A stretch of DNA of 64,000 nucleotides from positions 1,648,655-1,712,654 of the forward strand of contig BDGG01000008.1 in the NCBI GenBank assembly GCA_001949185.1, written 5' to 3'. Position numbers and translations under genes: made by a program. Of this stretch, positions 12,726 to 31,389 are shown piece after piece. This stretch comes from Ramazzottius varieornatus. Taxonomy: Eukaryota; Animalia; Tardigrada. The notes under the pieces were generated by a model that was not told the origin of the DNA, searched no databases, and saw nothing but the letters and a program-made list of their open reading frames with translations. Within the stretch, counting starts at the first letter, position 1, and every line of letters starts with the position of its first letter.

Positions 12726-13875
12726 TCACCGCGGCTCATCGTCGTTTCCCGGTTGGTTGGGTTGATTAGGGACATCCTGACCCCACTGAAAGCCACCGGG
12801 ACGTTCTTCAGGCAAAGGCTCATAGCGTTCCTCGACTCGTTGGTCAAAGAGATACTTCCTGCAACAGGCAACGACCTCAAACTTATGATTAGCACGACCC
12901 TCAAAACAAGAGCTATTTACAGAATCCACGGAGTCTTCAAGACGCGGAAGCCGCCAGGTTGTCTCGGGAAAACGTCCTCTAGGTAGTAATAAATGTGACC
13001 GATAGCGATGCCTGAAGCACACGAAGTAAGAAAGTTCCATACTCATAGAACGAGAAAAGGGTCATCGGTTCGTATAGGAAAAGAATTTCTACCTAGGACG
13101 TCAACTGCGACAGAGTTCCCGAGTAAGAGAGAAAAGCCCAGAAGCACCCACGGCAAGTACGGTGCTTGGAAGTTAAACAGTCCAAAGAAGTTCATTCGCA
13201 CCAACGGGTTCCTTCTCGCCCACACATAAACCAGCATGATGGTAAAAGCTTGTCCGAGGAACAGAATCTGGACGAAAACCCCTGTGATCTGTAAAAACAA
13301 CCAGCACACACAGTCGGATTTTAACAGTACGAGATAGCACATAACAGATTCAAAACAAGCCCTATGACGTCATCGCGAATAGGCTTTTCCACGAGCCGCG
13401 ATGACAAAGCATGATCGATTTTACTCTGGCAGCGTTGACACGTCAACGGAATGCCTACCAATCAACAATCAACCCTGATAGCACTTACACACATAAGGAT
13501 TCCTCCGAATATGAACATGCACAGGAAATCTGCAGTCTTGCCATGATAGTGATTTTCCTCCAGCATTCGACAGTATCGATAAGTGAAGATCAGGTTGAAG
13601 AGAAAGTTGAAGCCGAAGGAACCGAAGTAAAGGAAGGTGCTGAGCAGACGCCAGACTTGAAACTTCCGGAAGATGAGGCTGGGATTGTAGTACAGCTGGA
13701 ACGGTGTCACCAGATCCAAATGCTACAACGAGAACGGTCAAGTCTCTTCCACCTGAAAACAAAGTTGAAGTCTCAGGCTTACCGTAAGAATGGTGGTAAG
13801 GACACACGCTGTGGTGTACCATCGCGTAACCGGAGGAATCCTGAAGAATTGCTCTTGGATAGTGACGTGAGCCAT
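12726..13875 (-). CDS. DERL2: Derlin-2 (ERAD membrane protein)
   Basis: [50 protein letters not shown]-terminal [10 protein letters not shown]. Confidence 0.95.
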
Positions 13876-14313
13876 CGTTCTCGCTCCAACCTACAAACAC
13901 TCCACGATAGCCCCTGCTATAGTCAGCTTCCTCCGCGCATATCTACAGCAAACTCTTGTTCGAAAGTAGTGCTTTCGGAGCAGAGAATCACTTTTTCTTC
14001 GAGACTCTAGAGTCGCGAGTCGAGACAAACGACAGAAAAAATTCCATATCGATTGGCCCAATCAAGACGTTGCAATCAACTGTATTCGACTATACCACGT
14101 GGTCGATGAGCAACTACAGAAGAGTAACTTTCATGTGATTCCACGGTTAGGACACGATGTCTTCTGATCAGCTGATCGATAATGCTTGTCATTGCTTGAA
14201 TTTGAAAGTTGTCCACTGTACAGTAACCTTTTAATCTTTTCATTGTCTTGTTTTGCAGGTTTCCTTCTTGTAGAAGAATCTCTTCTTGTCGAGGGATAAG
14301 ATCTTGCTCCGGT

Positions 14314-14800
14314 ATGGTGAACATCGTGTCGTGGGACGAGTTCTCGAAACAAGCGGAGGAGTTGTATCTGTCAGACCCTAGCAAGGCACGGATAGCTTCT
14401 TGCAGTTACCAGTGTTGTCGATCAGATTCTGACGCTTCCACCTGGGTTGAAAATCGTTAACCTGCAGTCTTACATCAATCAATGTTTTTTTCAGGCAAGG
14501 TTTACGATGAAGTTTCGCGAAGCTGATGCAGCTGTGGTTTTGAAGATGACCGACGATGCTAAAGTACGCCATCAACCATTCAACCCAGTTACTTACCTTT
14601 TGTCATACACTGCGCCATTCGAACGAATGACTATGTGTGTTGCCATTGTGGGGTGTTTTATCTTCATGCTTTCGCTCAGTGACAGATGACAAGCCTTTGG
14701 TTTTTCTTTTCAGTGTTTGAAATATTTGGGAACGACTTCGCGCGACGTCAAACGAGCCGAGAAATTCTGTTCTTTGATTATGAAGCATATGGCATCATAA
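14314..14800 (+). CDS. SRP9: Signal recognition particle 9 kDa protein (75 aa)
   Basis: Exons 14314-14385, 14495-14563, 14714-14800 give MVNIVSWDEFSKQAEELYLSDPSK-ARFTMKFREADAAVVLKMTDDAK-CLKYLGTTSRDVKRAEKFCSLIMKHMAS. Intron 1 requires a GC donor. Confidence 0.92.
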
Positions 14801-14954
14801 CGGTACGTCATTGGTCGATCCTCACATCCAAAATGTCGCTAAAGAACTTCCGGATGAGGTTCTCGAAAGCGCGATCTAGCAGCAGTCTCTATGCATGTCA
14901 CATTTCATATATACGTCAAGAAGTCAAGTTAAAGTGAATGAAGCTGCGTTCCCC

Positions 14955-15937
14955 TCAAGAACTGCCCCAGGCTCGAACAGGCAGAGCCGACTTGAAGCCC
15001 GCTATCATATTTTCATAGATCTCCGAGCGTGGCGGACGACATGTATCCAAATCACTATCGAAAGTCACTAACGGCAGATCAGCGGTGCTCAGGCAGTAGG
15101 GATTTAGAGTGTCGTTGATGATCTTTGTTCTTGGCCTCCTTCTGGGCAGCGGACATCTGGTTTGGGTTCGTCCGAAAGTCGACGAAGACCGAGGCTTGAT
15201 ACCTGTCTTGAAATTCCCTTTCACGCATTCGTACTGGATTGCCATGCCGTCTGGAGTGGAAGGATCCATATACAGCTGGTACAGTTGATGAGGCGCTGTG
15301 AAAACACGTTGGTCACATAACGTCAGAAACTGAGAACTGGCCATGCGAAAGATACGAGTCGTAATCTTCAGTGGCGCATCTTTCAACCCACTAGCAATGA
15401 AATCGTGCGCCACTTCAGACAGCAATAAATCTTGTGCACTGTACGGTTTACTTGACCAGTTCCCTCTTGTGATTTTTTTGCGGAATAACTAGGAGGCTAC
15501 TAACTTACAAGGATTTGCAGTCGTGTCAGTCTGAACGAGGTAGAAAGTCGCAACGCCGTCCAGGCGTCCTAACATGAGAACATATCGCCCGACGCAAGAT
15601 CCGTTTCTGTTCATGACGGATATTCTTTGGTCGATCATAACTGTAGGTATATCGGTCCCGAGATGTACGTTTTTCCAATAATGGTGTTACTGATGACTTT
15701 ATTGCGAGACAAAGAGGATGGGTCCTTCTTCATGTATTGATACCAGGTGCCTGCCATTGCCTCCCGGTCCACCTGAATGGAGGTTGCCAAAACTGACGGA
15801 AGGCCGCAACATTTGTTGGTCGGGCTCCCACCTCCACCATCGGCGCGCTTCTGTCCATCCTGCAACGCGCAGAGCGCTGGTTTGAGAACCACAACGCAAA
15901 CTACAACGGCCAGGAGGTTAGACACTCACCTAGTCAT
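14955..15937 (-). pseudogene. Lipocalin-like secreted protein, disabled paralogue (copy A)
   Basis: Same two-exon layout as 17743-18853. TGA at codon 4 after ATG 15937, a 1-nt deletion near 15660, and further compensating indels near 15125-15200. Confidence 0.8.
15368..15416. repeat. Hairpin element core, lipocalin A intron
   Basis: TCAGTGGCGCAT-N25-GTGCGCCACTTC. Confidence 0.8.
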
Positions 15938-16043
15938 TCGGGACTCTCTCAAGAAAAGAATAAGAGTTCTGAGGAGAGCTGAACCAAGTCAGAGAACTTC
16001 GGCGTCTTGAGTAAGCAACGCTTTGAAACCAACGATTATATTG

Positions 16044-16322
16044 CTATAAATTTCTGGGCGCCGTGGTTGGCAAGCTGACAAGTTATTGTCGAAGGTTTGC
16101 ACCTGCAATCCGTAATGCTGAGGCAGTATAGCTTCAGGGTATCATTGATAATCTTATTTTTCGCTTCTTTCTGCGCCGCGGACAACTACTTTGGGGTTTT
16201 CCCCCTTCCGCTTAACGTAGGGTACGTCACAAACGCCGGTTCCAAAGTTCGGCTTGGCGCATTCGTACTGGATAGTCATGCCGTCCAAAGAAAGGTCCAG
16301 GTAGAGTTGATTCAACTGATGG
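16044..16322 (-). pseudogene. Isolated duplicate of exon 2 of lipocalin copy B
   Basis: High identity to about 17790-18070, with a scrambled patch at about 16188-16215. Confidence 0.85.
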
Positions 16323-16388
16323 TTTTGCTCAGTAACAGATGACAAGCCTGTGTTTTTTCTTTTCAGTGTTTGGAATATTCGGGAACGA
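16323..16388 (+). repeat. Duplicated fragment of SRP9 intron 2/exon 3 junction
   Basis: GCTCAGTAACAGATGACAAGCCTGTGTTTTTTCTTTTCAGTGTTTGGAATATTCGGGAACGA matches about 14670-14735. Confidence 0.85.
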
Positions 16389-16472
16389 GAATTGTGTTCG
16401 AGAAGCGATTAAATTTGTGGTTTGATATGTAGCAGGAAAGAAGCGACGATCAAATTCCATTCATCTCGTAGC

Positions 16473-16837
16473 CTAGAGCCAAAGTTTGTCTCAGTTAGGA
16501 GCGGACGAGAAGTGGAGCAAGATCACGAAAGCGTATTCGAACTCGGCATCGTCGAAGCGGCAGTTTGTGGGTCGTTGGACTAAATCCGCAGGCTACCTTA
16601 CTACGTATGAGCATCAGTTGTGTTGAAGCCTGTCATTTTACAGGTTTATTATGCTCAAACATGTGCCCAGAAAATTATGTTCATTGACTGGTTCCATCTC
16701 TCAGATAGCTATAGCTAGAGTCAAAGTTTTTCTCAGTTGGGAGCGGAAGAGAAGTGTACCAAGATTAGAAAAGCTTATTAGGTCTCCGGGTCACCGAAGA
16801 AGCAATTTATGGACTTTTGGCCTAAATCCACAGGCTA
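16473..16837. repeat. Two diverged direct repeats of about 123 bp (16473-16595, 16715-16837)
   Basis: CTAGAG(C/T)CAAAGTTT.TCTCAGTT.GGAGCGGA.GAGAAGTG...CTAAATCC.CAGGCTA in both copies. Confidence 0.8.
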
Positions 16838-16929
16838 TTGCAATAGGAGCACTAATTTGAAAAGTGCTCCGGACACCATCGAAAACCACCAGTGTCTCCG
16901 CACACTACGTTTTCACCACCGTTCGTTTG

Positions 16930-17170
16930 GACGTACCAGGTGAAAGACCAGTTGTGGCTTCTCTACGGATGGAAACTACACGAGGATGAAGACCTCACTT
17001 GTAGCTACGTGTCTGTACAACATCAGCAGAACGGTTTCGACTGCGGCTTCTTCGCATTCGCGTGCGTCTACGGGATAATTGATGGCCGAGATCCGGGGAC
17101 AGCATCTTTCTCCGGCAAAACACTGCGAAAGCGGTTCTATGACAGTTCCAACAATAAAAAGATCGAGAAA
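16930..17170 (+). pseudogene. Ulp1/C48-type protease C-terminal fragment, probably transposon-derived
   Basis: VQHQQNGFDCGFFAFA...GRDP...F...LRKRF contains the oxyanion Gln and catalytic Cys motif; no upstream catalytic His region recognised. Confidence 0.6.
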
Positions 17171-17742
17171 CTGTCACGCCGTCGAGGGAGTCCTGGTACC
17201 AGAGTGGGATATCAAAGCGCGGTCACTATGACCAAAGACCTAACGGTGTTGTGGCAAGCTCAGAGAACAGGAACGACTCATGATCCTGAAGATCGTGCTA
17301 TCGATGAAACCCTCGTAACAGAAATTTAGGGAACAATCAGCGTAGGATTTCACGTGCAGTTTGACCAGAAGCCCGCGCATTTCGTCTCGTTGCTGACATG
17401 AGCATCGGCTTCCACAAGTCTTGTTTTGCAGCAAATATGTGAAAAGCGCCTGGCGAGTAGTCGAAATTTTTAACGTCTATACGCGGAAGTAGCGGCTTTA
17501 TTTCAAACGCCTTCAGCCTTCTGGAATCATGACCGTACCTACATCAGTATTACGTAATAGTAATAAATTACTGCTGTTTTGCTTTGCGAAGTATACTGTG
17601 AATTCATGGCGGACTCTTCAGATAAAGGAGATCTCGTTTATCTGAAACTCCCTCTGCATTCAGGTTGGAAAGCGCTCGGAGTGGTAGTTTTCTGACAACA
17701 CTCAATGAAAATATATTTTGAAATACGTGAAGCGATCGCTTA

Positions 17743-18853
17743 TTATGTACGCATTGGTAGCGAAGCTTTGAAACCAGCGATCATATTACTATAAATTTCT
17801 GGGCGCGGTGGTTGGCAAGCTGACAAGTTATTGTCGAAGGTTTGCTCCTGCAAGTCTGTAATGCTAAGGCAGTATGGCTTCAGGGTATCATTAATAATCT
17901 TATTTTTCGCTTCTTTCTGCGCCGCGGACAACTGGTTTGGGTTTATGCGCACGTCCACGTAAACGTACGGCACGTCACAAACGCCGGTTCCAAAGTTCGG
18001 CTTGGCGCATTCGTACTGGATAGCCATGCCTTCCGAAGAAGGGTCCAGGTAGAGTTGATACAGCTGATGGATGGCTAGAAAGCAGAAAAACGGGAATTTT
18101 GAAATCATGAGAGCCCGCAGACAACGTTGAAGATATGATGATCCCAAGTGCGGCGCGCTTCCAACTAACCACACTGAAAACGTACGCCACTTGGGGTTTT
18201 GATAAGGCTGGTCTTCAATGTGGCGCAGTCTCCTGGCCAATGTTGCCGAAAAAGTGCGCGACTTGAGAAAAACGTCACTGTCGATTTGCTCAAGTGGCGC
18301 GCGTTTGCGGTCAGTAAGAATACAGACGTCCACCACTTGGGAACTCGGATCTTGGCGAGTTTGTTTGTGAGTCGCCCTGTCTGTGCTTGTGTTTACTTGG
18401 GTTCGTGGTTCTGTCGGTCTGGACTCGGTAATACGTTGCTATTCCATCGACACGACCGACGATGAGGTTAAACCGTCCAATGCATGCGGCGGATGCATCT
18501 CGATTGGTGATGGTTATTTTCTGATCGGTCATAACAGCCGAAATGCTGGTTCCGGGGTAGTAAGTCCTTTCGACGATGGTGTTCTCAAGGACCTTGTTTA
18601 GGGTGAGGGGCAGGTTGTCCTTTTTCATGTACTGGTACCACACTCCGACCATCCGCTCGCGGTCTGTTGGAATGGAGGATGCCATGACCGACGGCAGGCC
18701 ACAAGCAGGGATTGATGAGTTGGAGCCATAAGCGCGTCCTTGCATCGAGCTGGCGAGCTGTCTGTCATTCGAGAACTGACCGTTCGCCTCGCAGTAGACC
18801 AGCTGGACGGCGAGATAAACAGCGGTAAGCAATAGAGAAAAAGAAAGGTCCAT
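17743..18853 (-). CDS. Secreted lipocalin/calycin-like protein (copy B, intact, 262 aa)
   Basis: Exons 18397-18853 and 17743-18074 join in frame (789 nt). Signal-peptide-like N-terminus; D.ERM.GVWY resembles the lipocalin GxW motif; cysteines shared with copy A. Confidence 0.7.
18145..18339. repeat. Three tandem hairpin cores, lipocalin B intron
   Basis: Three successive CAAGTGGCGC-like / GCCACTTG-like arm pairs. Confidence 0.85.
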
Positions 18854-19308
18854 CTTTGAGATTTGCGGTTAGAACTGAGCAGGTGGATCTGACGAGGAAG
18901 AGCGCAGTTATAATCCCGCAAACGTCATCGAAAAATGTAAACGTGGCACGACGGAACGACTAACAATGTTTCGGCCGGATCTTTTCATCTACCCCGAAGC
19001 AAAGTATTCCGACTTTCTAGCTACCGCGCCACGTAGTCATCAAATCGAGTCTCTTGGTGGACAGACAGCAGATGCTTTCAGACATATGAAGATGATACGT
19101 TAACGCTCCTTCTGGCTTCGAGATACCTTTTTCGACCGATCAAAGCGATGTGACGTGCAGTAACGGAAGTGAACAAAACACAGGCGAGTAACTTGAGGCT
19201 GAAACCGCCGGTGCTCCACGAGACGGAGATAACCGTAAGGCGTTTGTCATTACGGGATATTATCAATAATCGTGCTGTGCGTAACCAAATAGTCGCTGGC
19301 ATCGCTTA

Positions 19309-20329
19309 CTATAATTGAACTAGGGAATCTTCTTCTGGAACTTTTCCCATGGTGCTGCGCCCTGTCGTCTGCAACTCGTAAGAGAAACCAACACGTCCCT
19401 GTACCTCGGCCATTCGATGTGCGTGACCATCCGCTATTTCGTCAAGCTCATCGCCGGCTGCTTCAGCGACCGCCACGGCCGCATCGCTCGTCTTCGGTTC
19501 TGGGCCGTAACCTTTCCGGTGTCCTTCCGCCATTACTTCGTAACCCAAACAGCAGCGACGCACGCGCTCTACATCTGCGCGGGAATGATTGTACGCTTAC
19601 GTTCACGTAACTTAGCACTCACGCCAGACATTGTCATTGACATTTTGGGTCGTTCGACGCCAGACATTGTCATTGACTCTTTTTGAAGCGCATGGAAAAC
19701 GAACCTTTACTACTCACTTTCCGTAATTGCTTGACCATCATTTTATCACCAAAAGAATTTCTTGAACACGAAATCCACTCACTGCGGAATCTCAGGCCTG
19801 AAAGTATATCGATAAAACCAAACAATCTACGAACAAGGAAAGTGGCACAGCAATAGGCTCACGGTTTCTAACAAAGACTTCAAGGTAAACCAACAACGTT
19901 CAATACAAAGCATCTAGATGTTTGGATTTGGAATAGGGTCCGTCTTTCTGGGCATGACCTCTGTCTGGCTGTCCGAAGCTTGCTCGTCGCTCCCGAATGT
20001 CATCTTCTCGTGGGTCCACGTACCGTGACGGGAGGTTGTGGCAGGCAGGACATTCAGCAGCGCAGCGACCTTTTCATCGTCCCTATCCAGGTTGGCTTTC
20101 GTACGCGTGGGGGTAGACTGGTCCTCGCCGTTGCCGGCGGTGGAGTCGAGCTGAGGCTGAGAACCGGAGTCATCGTGGAAGTCGGCGTAGCAGCGGTCGT
20201 AGCCCCAGTAAAGCGACGGCCCTCTCTTCCTCGATGACGGAAACGACGGCGAAGATGACGACCGGACGTCGACTCCAGCATGCACAGCAACGGAAGAGCC
20301 GCCACGATCAGGACCTTCAGCGACACCAT
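19309..20329 (-). CDS. Candidate secreted protein or peptide precursor (needs a 1-nt correction; may be a pseudogene)
   Basis: Good Kozak context AACATGG and signal peptide MVSLKVLIVAALPLLCMLESTSG. Donor at 20023 and acceptor before 19574 join an alternative frame to VERVRRCCLGYEVM... Confidence 0.4.
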
Positions 20330-20759
20330 GTTGCCGAAACATCGAAATGTTAGAACTCTTTGATACTGTCGAGCGGATAGTGTGCGTTTTCCAATCAATG
20401 CAATTCATTACAGACTTAATAAGAATTACACTTCATGTGTTAGTCAGGGTGGAGCACCGTTTTATCCCACAAATCTTAGTTAATGTAATTCAAACAGGTA
20501 ACACAAGATTAGATTTCGGCCATGAGAAATCACAGAGGAGAATGGGAAACGGTAACAAGCTATCAGAGTTCCACGTATCACATCTACAGTCAGCCATCAT
20601 CCAATATATCACTTGAGGTTCGGCGGGAAATCAAAGACAACTACTTCCGAGTTATCCACAATCAGTTCTAAGGCACTATCCATCAGTGAAAACAAAAACT
20701 GGCCCGTCAAGAGAAAAAACAAAACAGATTATTGAACAAACGAAGATTCAGCTTTGAAA

Positions 20760-28560
<7,801 letters not shown>

Positions 28561-28875
28561 TCTCCGGGAAACTGGTCTTGCGTTTCTTGAGAAGACACGG
28601 ACATAATTTCTGGTGAGGAAAGGCGGATTTTAAATGCCTGATTCTAAAGTAGCAAAGTGAGCGGTTGGGTAAACAAAATGGAAATGGAATGCTTGAGCAG
28701 CTCGACGCAGTCGAATTTGAGTCGATCCGTCATCGGATTCCATCCATCAATCGGTGATGTCAGGGACGTATTGAGGCTGGCCGGACGGGGCCGCAACCTT
28801 TGCAGAACCGCAATTTTCTTCTGCGAGTGAACAATTGCCGATCCGGAATAAAATTAAAATGTTGTCAAAAAAATA

Positions 28876-29605
28876 CTGTAGTGCTCGCAGTTTATCGCGC
28901 ACTCAACCACGTGAACAGTAAATAACGCCCGATCGGGGATTATAGACGATGTACTGCTTTATCAACAATCAATGGTGGGCCAACGTAAAGGCAAGTGTTA
29001 TTCTGAAAAGTCAAACTCAAATGGCTCATTTCCATCTGGAACGTAGTCTGCTAGCATGTAAGTTGGCTCCGGAAGGACACCAGCTTTCACAAACGAACTC
29101 TAGATTATCAAGGGAGAAACTTGATGATTCTCTTCGATTCTATCTTCTTCATAACCCTCTTTCTGACTTCTGCTTTCATTTTTAGTAACTGCTCACTCTT
29201 CTTCGGTCCTCGCTTGCCCGGAATCTTTGCACTGTGGAGCAAAAACGTGAGGTTCCGTGAAGCTTATGCAACAGGTATCGTTCGACTCACCTTCAGCTCC
29301 GTATGGTTGATTCCGGAATTCCTGTAAGCTTCGCATACTTTCTCCTCGATAATCCGCTCTCTTGATAGTTCCTCACAGCTTTCTCCGCATCCTCATCGGT
29401 ATAAAATATACGGGTCCTAGCCATGACAATGTTTTCTACCTTCGGATCCAGTGAAAGAAACTGGAATTTAAGCCGGATCGTTTTTCAAATTGACTGACGA
29501 CCCAATAAAGTCAATCAACTCATACCATTTTGGCAACAGCTGATCTTACCGGGCAATCATTACTAATCACGTGGTTGAGTGCGCGATAAACTGCGAGCAC
29601 TACAG
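28876..29605 (-). mobile_element. pogo/Tigger-like (Tc1-mariner) internal deletion derivative
   Basis: Perfect TIR of about 39 bp CTGTAGTGCTCGCAGTTTATCGCGCACTCAACCACGTGA with TA TSD. Minus-strand ATG 29424 encodes a Psq-type HTH (YTDEDAEKAVRNYQESGLSRRKYAKLTGIPESTIRS*), followed by an intron and a short second exon; no DDE domain. Confidence 0.85.
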
Positions 29606-29643
29606 TATCGTAACAATTCTGAAAATTGCGACAGGCAGTGTTA

Positions 29644-29796
29644 CTGTATTCCCCCGATATCTCCGCGGAGCCTGATACTCATGGCGCCCCCTACGAAACG
29701 TACGGCGGATGGGACGTACGTCCAGTAGGTGGACGTACGTCATCCATACGTTCATCCACGAGTAACCGGGTTCGCGAAGATATCGGGGGAATAGAG
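29644..29796. mobile_element. Small TA-flanked MITE
   Basis: CTGTATTCCCCCGATATCT...AGATATCGGGGGAATAGAG, TA on both sides, with an internal GGACGTACGTC palindrome pair. Confidence 0.8.
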
Positions 29797-31389
29797 TATT
29801 TTAATCATCATTAGAGTATTTTAATCATTATACTGTATATTAAATTCGATTTAATTGTGCGGGTTGGTGTACGCTTGATTGACTGATCCATAACAGGAAA
29901 TCGGGTTTCAATTTTAGTAATTGAAATTCCTAAGCGATAATTGATTTTACTTACAGTCAGCTGATCACATGGGCTTGACATTAGCACGTGACTTTTGATA
30001 ATTTCAATTGCATAGTAAAATAACACTGGCGACAGGCAGTCTCATCAAACTATTGAACCTCTTCGATTTCAAAGTCTATGCGAGGAGAACATAGCAAACA
30101 TGTCAATGCAAATGTCGCATCGCGGTCTCACGTTGTGCACTCTCATATCGCGATGCTTGCTGTGCCAGCCGGAAGTAAAAACTGGATCTATAAGTGGTGT
30201 CTTGACCATCTTGGACTCTCTCAGAGCCTCCAGTCTTAAAAAATCTCATGGAAAAAAAAGAAGCTACAACACGCATGAGGGCAAAAGTCAAAGGAGGCAC
30301 AACAAGGCAATATCTGGTAACTCAACGCCAGGGAACGTCTGTTTTATCGCTCAGCAACTTCAGTAAGATCTCCGCTGTCTCCAGCCTGGCCTAATAAACC
30401 AACGCAAAACACACATGCGCTGCGGAATCAGCAAAGACTCTTCGGTTGGTTTGCAGCCACCGTGGATGACATGGAATCCTGAGCAGTTATTTAACTTAAT
30501 GCTCATTCCGCCGAGGTTGTATGACAGTTTGAAAGTCATACCGCGACTCGCCTCCGTCGATTTTCAGCCGGCTAGCCAGGCTGCTAGCCTCTGGCAAGTC
30601 GGAAGTATCCTGGTGCAACGAAGTTCATGGATAATAGCAAATCTCCAAGCTTGTGTCGCGATTCCTCGGGCATTGTAAAACTCGAAGTGCGCCACTGAAG
30701 TAGGGTTAGATGCGTGTATGTTAGGTCGTAATCCCATGTAAAAGCTGGACAACGCACACTGCGGTCCAAAATTACGAAAGGAGCAGTCTTGAGTCTTGAG
30801 GCTCTGGAACGCGCAGAGATACGCAAAAGTTAAAGGGGATAACTTACGGGACAGTCTCAGAAATCGGTCTCATTGAAATTTCAGTTTTCCATGAGACAAG
30901 TCGGGCACGGTCTCAGAATCCAAGTCTCGGATTCCGAATCGGCCCATAGCAGCGATTCAGCGTGTTCGAGCCGGTCCATGACCCGGCGAACCATGAGACC
31001 GGAAGATAAGAGTGGCTTTTTATGAGACCTGACTTGTCTTCGCGATCTCTATATCAGTTCGACTCAAAGCTGGCGTTTACCTAAATTTGGGCCGTTTGTT
31101 TAGCTAAACGGACGTTGGGATTGATCAAGCTCGCCGAACAGACCCTGCCCACTCAGTTTAGCTAAACGAATTGAGATCGTCCATTTAGCTAAACGGAGCC
31201 TGTTAATAGCCTCAGTGACGTCGGCATCGAGCGCGAAAATTTCAAACGGTCAAACTGAGCACGTCAGTTGATCGTTTCATTTGGCGCATTTGTTTCTACC
31301 GAGTAATTACTCTCTCCTTTGGACTGCTTTTCGCTTCTCTTTCTCCTGTTCCCGCGGTACTTTTGTCCCTTCAACTTCTGCTCTAGAGG

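Noticed and set aside
18145-18339. CRISPR-like reading of the tandem hairpin arrays
   Set aside because: Eukaryotic introns, no cas genes, only 2-3 units, degenerate repeats and mutually related spacers.
30020-31051. GTCTCA/TGAGAC-rich tract as a defined hAT element
   Set aside because: The right end looks hAT-like (TAGAGATCGCG on the minus strand), but no matching left TIR or TSD was found.
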